A stretch of DNA of 64,000 bases, taken from positions 2,464,001 through 2,528,000 of the forward strand of contig OZ244852.1 of assembly GCA_965220965.1 (NCBI GenBank), given 5' to 3'. The stretch comes from Candidatus Marinacidobacterium sp. (GTDB lineage Bacteria > Acidobacteriota > Vicinamibacteria > Marinacidobacterales > Marinacidobacteraceae). Below the pieces are notes generated by a model that had not been told where the DNA came from, did not search any database, and worked only from the letters and a program-made list of their open reading frames with translations. How positions within the stretch are numbered: position 1 is the first letter of the stretch; the number at the start of each line of letters is the position of its first letter. Shown piece by piece: positions 9,886 through 18,904 of this stretch. A program made the translations under genes and the position numbers.

Positions 9886-11480
9886 TCGGGGTGCGGACGG
9901 ATCCGGCCGTCCTCGAGCTGCATCACGCGGTCCGCGGCGTCCGCAAACGCGCGGCGGTGGGTCATGACGAGCGCGGTCCGCGCCCGGAGCCAGGGAGTGA
10001 GCCGGCGGACCAGGAGGATTTCTGTCTCCTCGTCCAGGGCGGATGTCGGTTCGTCGAGCAGGACGAGGGCCGGGTCGGCGAGCACCGCGCGCGCCACCGC
10101 GATCCGTTGCCGCTGCCCGGCGGAGAGGTTCTGCCCGCGCTCCTCCACCGGGGTGGCGAGTCCCTCGGGCAGTTCCGCCACGAAGTCGTCGAGCGCCGCG
10201 AGCCGCACCGCGCGGAGCAGGTCGGCGCCGGTGGCGTCCGGACGTCCATAGCGGAGGTTCTCGGCCAGGTCCCCGCGCCACAGGAACGGCTCCTGTTCCA
10301 CGAGCGCGATCCGGCTGCGCAGCTCCCTCAGCGCGAACTGGCGGATGTCCTCGCCTCCCCACAGGATCCGTCCCTCGTCCGGGTCGAGACGGCGAAGGAG
10401 CAGGTCGGTGAGCGTCGTCTTGCCCACGCCGCTCGATCCCATGAGCACCGTCAGGGCGCCTGGTTCCAGGTCGAGCGCGGCCCGGTCGAGCACCCGGGCT
10501 TCGCCGCGCCCGTAGGAGAGGCTCGCCCCTTCAACGCGAACGCTCCCCGAGAGCCGCTCCGCCGGAAGTGGACTCTCCGGCTCCTCGACCGCGACCGGCT
10601 CGTCCAGCAGTTCGAACACCCGCTCGAACGAGGCCCGCGCCGCCCGCAGCCCCAGATACTGGCCGAGCAACCCCTGGACGGGCCCGAACAGCCGCGTCTG
10701 GTATGTCATCGCTGCGCCAAGCGTTCCCAGCGTGAGATCGCCCTCGATGACGCGCCATCCTCCCCAGAGGAACGCGGCGGCCCCGGCGAGGGCGACGAGC
10801 GAGGCCGGAAGCCCCGACGCGACGTACGTCGTCCGGCGGGCGTCGAGCAGCCTGATGATGAACCGGTCGTTCTCGCTGCGGAACCGGGCCGCCTCCCGGG
10901 CTTCCTGGCCGAACGCCACCGTCTGTCGCATGCCCAGAACCGACTCCACCAGCGCGCTCCCCACCGAGGCGCCGGCCTCCCGCAGGTGGCGGTTCTGGTC
11001 GGTCACCCGCTCGCGCAACCGCTTGAGCATCAGCCCGGCCGCCGGAAGGACGACGACCGCCGGGACGAGGAGTTCCGGGGCCAGCGCCGCCAGCAGCCCG
11101 GTCGCGACAATCAGCGAGATCAGGTTGGACGACGCCCCGAGGAGCAGGTCCCCGGCGGTTCGCTGGAGCTCGGAGACATCTGCATTCAGGCGCGACAGCA
11201 CGTCCCCGGTCCGGGACCGGACGAAGAACCGGGGCGAGAGCTGCTGGAGTCTCCGGTAGACCAGAAGCCGCAGATCGAAGAGAGCTCGAGCCGAGAGGCT
11301 CACGTACCAGTAGCCCGAGAGCGACGTCAGGACCAGCCCTCCGACCTGAAGCCCGACCATGAGCGCGGCCAGGCGCACGAGGAGCCCGAAGTCCCCCCCG
11401 AGGAGGGCGGTGTCCAGGATGGGGACGAGGAGGAGCGGCCAGAGCAGACCCGGCGCGGCGGCGACGAGCGAGAGCGCCAT
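9876..11480 (-). CDS. qhpF: ABC exporter (TMD+NBD), QhpF-like; true start probably further upstream
   Basis: Transmembrane helices, GSSGVGKT, LSAGQRQR and LLDEPTS. Lies within the qhp operon. Confidence 0.85.
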   Translation of the reverse strand: MALSLVAAAPGLLWPLLLVPILDTALLGGDFGLLVRLAALMVGLQVGGLVLTSLSGYWYVSLSARALFDLRLLVYRRLQQLSPRFFVRSRTGDVLSRLNADVSELQRTAGDLLLGASSNLISLIVATGLLAALAPELLVPAVVVLPAAGLMLKRLRERVTDQNRHLREAGASVGSALVESVLGMRQTVAFGQEAREAARFRSENDRFIIRLLDARRTTYVASGLPASLVALAGAAAFLWGGWRVIEGDLTLGTLGAAMTYQTRLFGPVQGLLGQYLGLRAARASFERVFELLDEPVAVEEPESPLPAERLSGSVRVEGASLSYGRGEARVLDRAALDLEPGALTVLMGSSGVGKTTLTDLLLRRLDPDEGRILWGGEDIRQFALRELRSRIALVEQEPFLWRGDLAENLRYGRPDATGADLLRAVRLAALDDFVAELPEGLATPVEERGQNLSAGQRQRIAVARAVLADPALVLLDEPTSALDEETEILLVRRLTPWLRARTALVMTHRRAFADAADRVMQLEDGRIRPHPEWE

Positions 11481-11631
11481 GACGCCCGGCAGCCGCCGCC
11501 AGTAGGGAAGCGTCAGCCGGAAAGCCCGGCGGTAGATGCCCGGGCCGCCGGAGCCCGGCGCCGCGATCCGGCGCGCTCCCGGCGGGTTGCGGTCCGGCGC
11601 GACCGTCCGGCCGGAGTCCTTCAGCGCGAGG

Positions 11632-12750
11632 TCAGTTTCCCGCGGCTCCCCGGTAGCGGAGCTCGCGGGGAGCGATCATGAAGTCGCCGCCGGCGAAGAT
11701 CTCGGTCTCGCGCTCGAGCGTCTCCGCGTCGTATACGTACATCGTGTCCCCGACTCCCGAAACGAAGAGCCGCTGACCGTCCGCGGAGACGATCATCGAG
11801 ATGTTCGTGCGCCCCCGCTCGAACCCCTTGCGCCGCAGCAGGACCTGCTTCGACTCCATGTCGAGCACCGCCGCGTCGCTGAGTCCGGCGTAGCCCCGCT
11901 TCCCGTCGGGGGAGAGCGCGAAGTGGCTCAGCCGCATCCCCGGACCGAGTTCGTAGTGGGTGAAGGTCATCTCGGGAAGGCGGATTTCCAGCAGGCCGAA
12001 CAGGTCCATTCCCTGGAGCGGCTCGGTCGTGCGGTAAAGGCCGAACAGGCGACCGGGCCCGATAACGCTCAGGCTGTGTCCGCGAACGCCGCCGTAGCCC
12101 GGAGCGAGCGGCTGATCCAGCGCCACCCGCCGCTTCTCCTCGAGCGTCTCCGCATCGAGTTCCACGATCTCCTGGTTCACGAAGAAGAGCGACGATCCGT
12201 CCGGGCTGAAGTGGATGTTGGGGCGCCAGTCGTCCGCATCGCCGAGGGGGATCCGCCCGGTCACTTCCCGGCTGGTTCGGTCGAACACCCAGACCTCGGA
12301 GGGGGTGGCGTGGTGGAACCGGTCCGGGAGCAGGTCCACGACGATCGGAACGAGGAAGATCCGGTTCCCGTCGGGACTCGGGGTGGCGCTCATGAAGCGC
12401 ACCCGCTGCGTCTCGGTGCTCAGGCGGAAGTCGTCCACGACCGCCATCTCGGCGGCGTCGAAGATCTCCACCGCCTCCATGCGGCCGGTGACGAACGTGA
12501 AGAAGCGGCTGTCGGCCGTCCGGTTCTGGTTCGTCGCGGCGCCGTGGCGAAGCTTGCCGATCTTCTCGAAAGCGAGGGCCTGCTGGTCGAAGGTGATCAG
12601 CTCGTCGGGCCAGATGCCGGCGAGGAACCGGTTGGGCTCCTGGGCCGAGGCGGAAGCCGCCGCAAGCAGGGTCGCTGCGAGTCCGAAGGAGAAGCGATGG
12701 CGCATGGGTGCGGAGGAGAGGGGGTGGGCCGGATCGGGGCGACGGCTCAT
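11632..12750 (-). CDS. qhpB: QHNDH beta subunit (beta-propeller)
   Basis: Signal peptide, repeated SPDG blades, and ATGA coupling to qhpC. Confidence 0.8.
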   Translation of the reverse strand: MSRRPDPAHPLSSAPMRHRFSFGLAATLLAAASASAQEPNRFLAGIWPDELITFDQQALAFEKIGKLRHGAATNQNRTADSRFFTFVTGRMEAVEIFDAAEMAVVDDFRLSTETQRVRFMSATPSPDGNRIFLVPIVVDLLPDRFHHATPSEVWVFDRTSREVTGRIPLGDADDWRPNIHFSPDGSSLFFVNQEIVELDAETLEEKRRVALDQPLAPGYGGVRGHSLSVIGPGRLFGLYRTTEPLQGMDLFGLLEIRLPEMTFTHYELGPGMRLSHFALSPDGKRGYAGLSDAAVLDMESKQVLLRRKGFERGRTNISMIVSADGQRLFVSGVGDTMYVYDAETLERETEIFAGGDFMIAPRELRYRGAAGN

Positions 12751-13073
12751 GGGAAGATCAGGTCGATCTCCCGCCAGTCCTGGGTCGCCGAGGCGCAGTT
12801 CTTGTGCCAGTCGGGGCTGTTGTTCAGGTAGTCGGGAACCTGGGCCGGCCAGTAGCAGGTCTTGTAGCAGTCGTACAGATCCCGCTCCATCGGCTGGCAG
12901 AGCGCCGCCGTTCCACCGGTGGAGTCGACTTCCCAGCCCGGCGAGAAGATCGTGGTGCAGCCCGCCGGGTAGTGCGGGCCCGGATCGTCGGCGGTGGCGC
13001 GGGCGGCGCCCCCTTCCCGGAGCCAGTCGGTGGCGAACCGGGCCTTGAGGTTCTTCGGAGCCAGGTGTTTCAT
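12747..13073 (-). CDS. qhpC: QHNDH gamma subunit precursor (CTQ and thioether cross-links)
   Basis: Leader MKHL.P.N.KA and core GCTT.F.PGWEVD...LCQPME.DLY.C...C.WPAQV.D...W...DWR.. Confidence 0.95.
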   Translation of the reverse strand: MKHLAPKNLKARFATDWLREGGAARATADDPGPHYPAGCTTIFSPGWEVDSTGGTAALCQPMERDLYDCYKTCYWPAQVPDYLNNSPDWHKNCASATQDWREIDLIFP

Positions 13074-13083
13074 GTTGCGTCTC

Positions 13084-14526
13084 CTACGGTGTCTGCCGCA
13101 CCGCCTGCAGCATTCCTTCGAAGCGTTTCAGGAACTGGGGGCGGCGGTCCAGAATCCGGCCGTAAGCCGAGAGCCCGAGCGCGGTCCAGTCGCGGATCCA
13201 GTCGCAGTAGTGAAGGTTGGGGCGAAACCGGTCGCCGTAGCGCACCTGCGCCTCGTGATAGCAGCCTCCCGAGCACAGGCTTCGGACCCAGCACTGGCTG
13301 CAGTCGGTCCGGGCGTCGATGTGCGCCTTCTTCAGGTGTTCCGCCCGGAGGTCCTGGTCGATCCCGGTGGCCACATGGCCGAGGTCGTGGTCTCCCGACC
13401 CCGCAAACCGGTGGCAGAGACCGACCTCGCCGCCGGGGGCGACGCCCACCAGCCCCAGCCCGGCGCCACAGGGGTACGCCTTGCTGACCCCCTCGTGGAT
13501 TTCGCCGAGGAGATCGCTCAGGTTGGAAAACCCCAGATAGCGGCCCTCGGCCGCCGCCTCGACGTAGGCGTCCGCCAGATCCCGGAACTGGTCCAGCAGG
13601 TCGTCGAACCCGTCCTCGCCCAGGGCGTAGTCCTGGTCCGGGGAGGAGGTCACCGGCGCGAACCCGACCTCGTAGAAGCCCAGCCCGATGAGGTGATCGA
13701 AGATCCGCCGCACGTCGAGGTTCTTCGCCGTGATCGTGACCCGGGCGCCGACCGGCCGCTTCTGGAGCTTCAGGAAGGTCTCGATCCGCGGGGCGATGAC
13801 GTCGTAGCTGCCCATCCCGCTGGAGTAGGTGCGCATCGAGTCCTGGAACTCTTTCGGGCCGTCCACCGAGATCGTGACGCCGATCCCGTTCTCGGCGATC
13901 CACTCGGAGATCTCGCGCGTCAGCAATGTGGCGTTCGTCGTGAGGCTGAAGTCCACCCGCTTCCCGGCGAGCCGCGCCTGCTCCCTCGCGTACTCGACGG
14001 TGGGGCGGATCACCCGCCAGTTCAGCAACGTCTCGCCCCCGAAGAACGTCACCTGCAGATCCTTCGCGTTCCCGGAGTCGGTGATCAGGCGATCCACCGA
14101 CTGCCGGGCGACCTCCTCGGTCATCGCCGCGGGAACCTCGGCCTCCGCGATCCGGTCGTCGCCGTACTCGTAGCAGTAGCGACAGGCGAGGTTGCAGGAG
14201 TTCGTGATGTTCAGCACCACCGTCCGGATCGGAGGCGGCTCGTTCACTTCCTGGAGACCGCCGATCGGGATCAGCGGGGCGCCCTGACGGACCACGGCGC
14301 CAACCCCGGCGAGCTCGCGCAGCGCGTCCTGCTCCTCGGTCGTCCGGGCCACCGCCGCCGGCGGCCGCGGTCCATCGCCGAGGCGATCCAGGATCCGCTC
14401 GGTCGTCCCGTCCAGCTCGAAGATCATCGATGAGGGGACGAGGAAGGCGTAGTTCCGCTCCCCCCCGCTGAAGCGGTGCATCTGGCTGGCTTCGACCAGA
14501 CTCGGGGTGGTCTGCGGAGCGCTCAT
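13084..14526 (-). CDS. qhpD: Radical SAM/SPASM thioether-forming maturase
   Basis: CNLACRYC, FFGGETLLN, and SPASM cysteines CGAG..CH..CSQCWVRSLCSGGC..C. Adjacent to qhpC. Confidence 0.93.
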   Translation of the reverse strand: MSAPQTTPSLVEASQMHRFSGGERNYAFLVPSSMIFELDGTTERILDRLGDGPRPPAAVARTTEEQDALRELAGVGAVVRQGAPLIPIGGLQEVNEPPPIRTVVLNITNSCNLACRYCYEYGDDRIAEAEVPAAMTEEVARQSVDRLITDSGNAKDLQVTFFGGETLLNWRVIRPTVEYAREQARLAGKRVDFSLTTNATLLTREISEWIAENGIGVTISVDGPKEFQDSMRTYSSGMGSYDVIAPRIETFLKLQKRPVGARVTITAKNLDVRRIFDHLIGLGFYEVGFAPVTSSPDQDYALGEDGFDDLLDQFRDLADAYVEAAAEGRYLGFSNLSDLLGEIHEGVSKAYPCGAGLGLVGVAPGGEVGLCHRFAGSGDHDLGHVATGIDQDLRAEHLKKAHIDARTDCSQCWVRSLCSGGCYHEAQVRYGDRFRPNLHYCDWIRDWTALGLSAYGRILDRRPQFLKRFEGMLQAVRQTP

Positions 14527-16181
14527 CGATCAGTCCGTTGGGGGAAGAGATCCCAGAAAAGGAAAACCGGCGGCGCCACCACGAGCCGCGCCCGGTCCCG
14601 CAGCGTCTGGCCGCTCATGGGATCCTCGTGGGTGGCGACGACCCAGACATCGCCCATGTTGTCGGCGTTCAGCTCGCGTTCCGGATTGGGCCCGTCGAGT
14701 CCCGGCGTGAACAGGCCGTCGGCGTTGACGCTGCCGACGAAGCGGGTGTCGGCGTCCTCGTCCCGGATGAAGTACTCCTCGGTCGTCCAGGCGACTTCGA
14801 CCGGGCCGAGGTCGAGGTCGTCTTCGGTGAGCCGCTCACCGTCCGGCCCGGCGTGCCAGCCGGTCGCCTCGAACTGGACAAACTGCTTCGGCGCGACCAC
14901 GCCGCCCACGCGCGAAAGCGCCATCTCCGGCTGAACCCGGATGTAGTCGACCCCGTCGTGGACCGCGAAGGCGTCCACCGCCCGGACCCCGCCAACGGAC
15001 GCATCGCGGTAGCCGACCGGGGCGTCCTCCCCGATCCCGAGGTCGACCAGCAACTCCTGGTCGGAGAGCCGGCGGACGTTCGTGACCGCGACTCCGGATC
15101 CCAGGTCGAGCGCAGCCCCCGCTTCCTCGGTGAACCCGGCCCCCAGGATCCGGACATCGGCGGCGCTCGTTCCGGCGCGCCCGGAGGACGGCCAGACGGC
15201 GGCGACCCGGGGACCGGAGCCGAGCCGGCTCAGTTCGATGTCCAGCCCGTCCTCACCGAACCGGCCGGAGAACATGCGGCCAGTAAGCGTCTCCCCGTCG
15301 GAGGACAGCATGAGCGTCGCGCGCCGCTCGCCGAGCCCCTCGCCCTCGTCCCGGCCGCGGAAGGAGAACCCGCCGTAGAGGACACCCGACCCGGTCCGGG
15401 CCTCCCGCGTCCCGTCGGCGTGAATCAGGTCGCCGGCGTAGGCGTAATCGCCCGGCGCCGCCCCGGAGGAGAACTCGACGACGCCGGCGATCGGGCCGCT
15501 GCCCGGGTGGTGTCCCTCGAGGAACCACCGCCCGGCGATCCCCGGCCCGGGCCCCTTCGCCCGGTAGGCGCGGAACGCGTCGGTCTCGAACGGGTACTTC
15601 TCCTTGAGCTGGTCCAGCACCCGGTCCACCGCCCAGCGCCCATCGCCGTCTTCCGCTGGCTCTCCCCGGAAGGTCTGGCCCTCGATGACCGGGAAGTACC
15701 CGACGTGCATCCCCTTGAGCAGGTCCCACTCCTCGTCGGTCCGGCGCTGGAGCCGGAAACGGGCGGTGTGGTGGCATCGCGAGCAGGTCTCGGCGATGAG
15801 CGCCTCGTCCTCGGTGAACGACTCCTGGAGCGGCCGCTGCTCGGCCAGGTAGAACCAGGGGGCCTCCTCTTCGGGGGCGAGCCCGTGTTCGTCGGTCAGG
15901 TAGCGGACCACCGCCCGCGCGTCCTCGGGGGAGAGGTCCACGTTTCCGGTCCGGATCATCCGGATCACGGTGATCTGCCAGCCCTCCGCGGACTTGCGCT
16001 GGAAGGAGATGCGCGACATCCGTCCGGCGTCATCGGTGGCGTGGCAGGCGCCGCAGGCGGCCTGCACCAGCGGGCTCGTCACCGGGATGCCCTCCTGGGC
16101 ATGCGAGAGAGCCGCCGCCCCGATGACCAGAACGAGCGCCGCCCCCAGCGAGGCGGGCATCGGATTGGTTCGCATCTGCAA
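14523..16181 (-). CDS. qhpA: QHNDH alpha subunit (diheme cytochrome c)
   Basis: Two CxxCH motifs (CGACH, CSRCH), SRISFQRKS.EGW, GPNPER and Ig-like C-terminal domains. Signal peptide. Confidence 0.93.
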   Translation of the reverse strand: MQMRTNPMPASLGAALVLVIGAAALSHAQEGIPVTSPLVQAACGACHATDDAGRMSRISFQRKSAEGWQITVIRMIRTGNVDLSPEDARAVVRYLTDEHGLAPEEEAPWFYLAEQRPLQESFTEDEALIAETCSRCHHTARFRLQRRTDEEWDLLKGMHVGYFPVIEGQTFRGEPAEDGDGRWAVDRVLDQLKEKYPFETDAFRAYRAKGPGPGIAGRWFLEGHHPGSGPIAGVVEFSSGAAPGDYAYAGDLIHADGTREARTGSGVLYGGFSFRGRDEGEGLGERRATLMLSSDGETLTGRMFSGRFGEDGLDIELSRLGSGPRVAAVWPSSGRAGTSAADVRILGAGFTEEAGAALDLGSGVAVTNVRRLSDQELLVDLGIGEDAPVGYRDASVGGVRAVDAFAVHDGVDYIRVQPEMALSRVGGVVAPKQFVQFEATGWHAGPDGERLTEDDLDLGPVEVAWTTEEYFIRDEDADTRFVGSVNADGLFTPGLDGPNPERELNADNMGDVWVVATHEDPMSGQTLRDRARLVVAPPVFLFWDLFPQRTDR

Positions 16182-16256
16182 TGGCCCATGGTACTACCGC
16201 TTCGACCGTCGCGACATCCGCGGCGCCTCCGGCTGGCCGGGTGGTACAAACCGCGC

Positions 16257-17498
16257 ATGGTCCCTTCCCTGTCCCGCCGGAGTTTTCTGGGCGCCGCTGG
16301 CGCCACCGCCACGGTCTTCGCGCCCTCGGGCGCCAGGGGCGTTCCCACGCCGGAGGTCGCCGCCCGCATGGCGACCGGGCGTCTCTCCGAGTTCGGGATG
16401 TCCATGTGGGACCTGGACACGCCGGCGCTCCTGGTGGATCTGGATGCGCTCGAGCGGAACATCGAGCGTCTCGAGCGGGCCGTTCGTGCGAACGGCATCG
16501 CCGCCCGGCCCCATGCGAAGACCCACAAGACTCCCGCCATCGCCCGGATGCAGCTCGAAGCCGGCGCGGTCGGCATCTGCGTCGCCAAGGTTGGCGAGGC
16601 CCAGGCTCTCTTCGATCACGGCATCGAGGAGATCCTGATGACGACGAGCAATGTGACGCCCTACAAGATCCGGCGCGCCATGGGTCTCGCGGCGGTCTGT
16701 CCGACCTTCATCCAGGCGACCGACACCGAAGAAAACGCCCGCGCGCTCTCCGAAGCGGCGCTCGCCGCCGGGGTCACCGCCGATGTGGTCGTGGATGTGG
16801 ACCCGGGCGGCCACCGCACCGGGATCACGCCGGGCGCGCCCGCTCTCGGGCTCGCCCAACTCGTCGACCGGCTCCCCGGGCTCCGGCTCCGCGGCATCCT
16901 CTGTTACGACGGCGGCTCCCAGCACGTGAAGGGCTTCGAGGTACGCGAGAAGCAGACTCTCGAGCGCCTCGCGGCGGCCGGGGACACCCTGGAACGCATG
17001 AGCGCTTCCGGCCTGGACACCGGGATCTTCAGCGGCGGCGGCACCGGCAGCTACAACATCGACCACCAGACCCCCGGCTTCACCGATGTCCAGGTCGGGT
17101 CCTACGTCTTCATGGACGCCCAGTACCTCGAGATCGGCGGCCGGACGAACCCCGACCTCTACGACGACTTCGAGTCTTCGCTCACGATCCTGACCACCGT
17201 GCTGAACGCGCAGTACGACGGGCGGGCGACGACCGACGCCGGCGCCAAGGCCTGCACGATCAACCGGCCGTGGGCGCTCGTGAAGGGCGAGACCGGGATG
17301 TCCTACACCTCCGGGTCCGACGAGTTCGGAACGATCCGCTACGAGGATCCGAGCCGCACCTACCGGGTCGGCGACAAGCTCGAACTCATCGTCTCCCACT
17401 GCGATCCGGTGGTGAACCTCTACGACAATCTCGTGGCGGTCCGTGGGGGTCTCGTCCAGGCCGTCTGGCCCATCGCGGCCCGCGGCATGTCAACCTGA
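16257..17498 (+). CDS. DSD1/D-threonine aldolase-family PLP enzyme with Tat signal
   Basis: SRRSFL twin-arginine motif, then LDTPALLVDLD, RPHAKTHK, SGGGTGS, QVGSYVFMD, DAGAKA and SHCDPVVN. Confidence 0.9.
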   Translation: MVPSLSRRSFLGAAGATATVFAPSGARGVPTPEVAARMATGRLSEFGMSMWDLDTPALLVDLDALERNIERLERAVRANGIAARPHAKTHKTPAIARMQLEAGAVGICVAKVGEAQALFDHGIEEILMTTSNVTPYKIRRAMGLAAVCPTFIQATDTEENARALSEAALAAGVTADVVVDVDPGGHRTGITPGAPALGLAQLVDRLPGLRLRGILCYDGGSQHVKGFEVREKQTLERLAAAGDTLERMSASGLDTGIFSGGGTGSYNIDHQTPGFTDVQVGSYVFMDAQYLEIGGRTNPDLYDDFESSLTILTTVLNAQYDGRATTDAGAKACTINRPWALVKGETGMSYTSGSDEFGTIRYEDPSRTYRVGDKLELIVSHCDPVVNLYDNLVAVRGGLVQAVWPIAARGMST

Positions 17499-18878
17499 GG
17501 CGGCGCGGCCATCGTCGCCCGGCGCCAGGAAGCCCTCGCGCCACAGCCAGCCGACGGCGGTCTGGAGGTCCGGTCCGGAGAGATCGCTGATGTTCCGGGC
17601 GCGGGCGAGACTGCCCGCCCTACAGACCGCGCGGAAGACCGGCGCGAGGGCGATGTCGCCGAGCCGGTGGGCTGGCCGGGAGCGGCCAGGAAGAGTCAGG
17701 ACCTCGGCGGGAACGATCCAGTCCGCTTCCAGGACGCCCTGGCGGCGGACCCTCGCGCCCGGCGCCGCGGCGAGGGGCGCGTCGGGTGAGGGGAGCGGCG
17801 ATACGGCCGGCGGCGCCGCGGCGCGCCGGGCGCGGCGGCGCCAGAACGGGCGGTCCTGGAAGCGGGTCTCCTCCGCGTAGAAGGCTGCGCAGCGGGCGCC
17901 CGCGTCCCTCGCCACACCTCGCTCCTTGTCGGCGTGGAACCCGAAGGCGAGGGCGCGGTCGGCGGGACGCTCCAGCGCGGTGCGCAGGACGACCGCGGCG
18001 GTGAGGCCGGAGTCCATCGCCTTCATGACGCCGAGACCGGTCAGCGGGTCGAGGGCGGCGGCGGCGTCCCCGACGGCGATCAGCATCCCTTCCTCGTCCA
18101 CCGGCGTCGCCAGCGCGTAAGGCGTCGCGTCGGCCGCGGTGAGTCCGGCGTCCGCCGGGCTCGCCTCCAGATCGGCGAAACCGGAGAGATCCACCTGCCC
18201 GACGGCGTCATGAAACGCCCTCTCCGGATCCCGGGCGTCTTCGGCGTCGAGCATCACCGTGACGTCGCGCCGACCGTCGACGACCGGGGCGCTCCACGCC
18301 CAGCCGTCCGGGAAGGAAGCGATGAGCGTCGCCCGCCTCGCGCCCGGGGAGAAGTGGCCGGTGATCGCCGTGGTGCGGGGGCCGGGGACTTCGCGCCTCT
18401 CCCGCGTCAGCCGGCCGGCGCGTCCGGTCGCGTCCACGACCGCGCGCGCCTCGAAAGTGAACTCCTCTCTCGCCGTCCGGACCAGAAGTCCGGTGGCCCC
18501 CGCCTTCGAGACGGCGCCGGTCACCGACCCCTCGATGACCCGGACTCCGGCGCGGCGCGCCTCTTTCAGCGCCCAGGCGTCCAGCCGATCCCGGCGAACG
18601 AGTCGCTGTCCCTCGCCTTGTCCGGCGGGCGGCTGGACCGGGATCCGCGTCTCCCTCCCTCCCCAGCGGACGAGGTGGTCCGCCGGACGGGGAGCGAACG
18701 CCGCCGCATCCAGCTCGAGCCCGTAGGACCCAAGGAGTCGCGGCGCAGACGCCGCAAGGCTCTCTCCGAGGTGCTGGCGCCGCCGGCGAGGGGTATGGAC
18801 GAGTGTCACACGGAAGCCGAATGCGGCGAGTTGGCGCGCCGCGAGCGCGCCCGCCGGGCCGCCCCCGGCGACCGCCAC
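17490..18878 (-). CDS. qhpG: FAD-dependent monooxygenase (halogenase-like), probable QhpG
   Basis: Motifs VAGGGPAG, GESL, VDATGR, GWAW and VGDAAAALDPLTGLG. Lies near qhpA. Confidence 0.78.
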   Translation of the reverse strand: MAVAGGGPAGALAARQLAAFGFRVTLVHTPRRRRQHLGESLAASAPRLLGSYGLELDAAAFAPRPADHLVRWGGRETRIPVQPPAGQGEGQRLVRRDRLDAWALKEARRAGVRVIEGSVTGAVSKAGATGLLVRTAREEFTFEARAVVDATGRAGRLTRERREVPGPRTTAITGHFSPGARRATLIASFPDGWAWSAPVVDGRRDVTVMLDAEDARDPERAFHDAVGQVDLSGFADLEASPADAGLTAADATPYALATPVDEEGMLIAVGDAAAALDPLTGLGVMKAMDSGLTAAVVLRTALERPADRALAFGFHADKERGVARDAGARCAAFYAEETRFQDRPFWRRRARRAAAPPAVSPLPSPDAPLAAAPGARVRRQGVLEADWIVPAEVLTLPGRSRPAHRLGDIALAPVFRAVCRAGSLARARNISDLSGPDLQTAVGWLWREGFLAPGDDGRAASG

Positions 18879-18904
18879 GTCCGCGGTGATTCGCTGCCCC
18901 TCTT

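Noticed and set aside
14538-16256. 986-aa plus-strand ORF suggesting a large fusion with the DSD1 enzyme
   Set aside because: The N-terminal part is the antisense shadow of qhpA. The real protein starts at the Tat leader (16257).
17490-18878. Tryptophan halogenase of a natural-product cluster
   Set aside because: QhpG belongs to the same flavoenzyme fold, and the adjacent qhp operon otherwise lacks qhpG. No NRPS or PKS genes are nearby.
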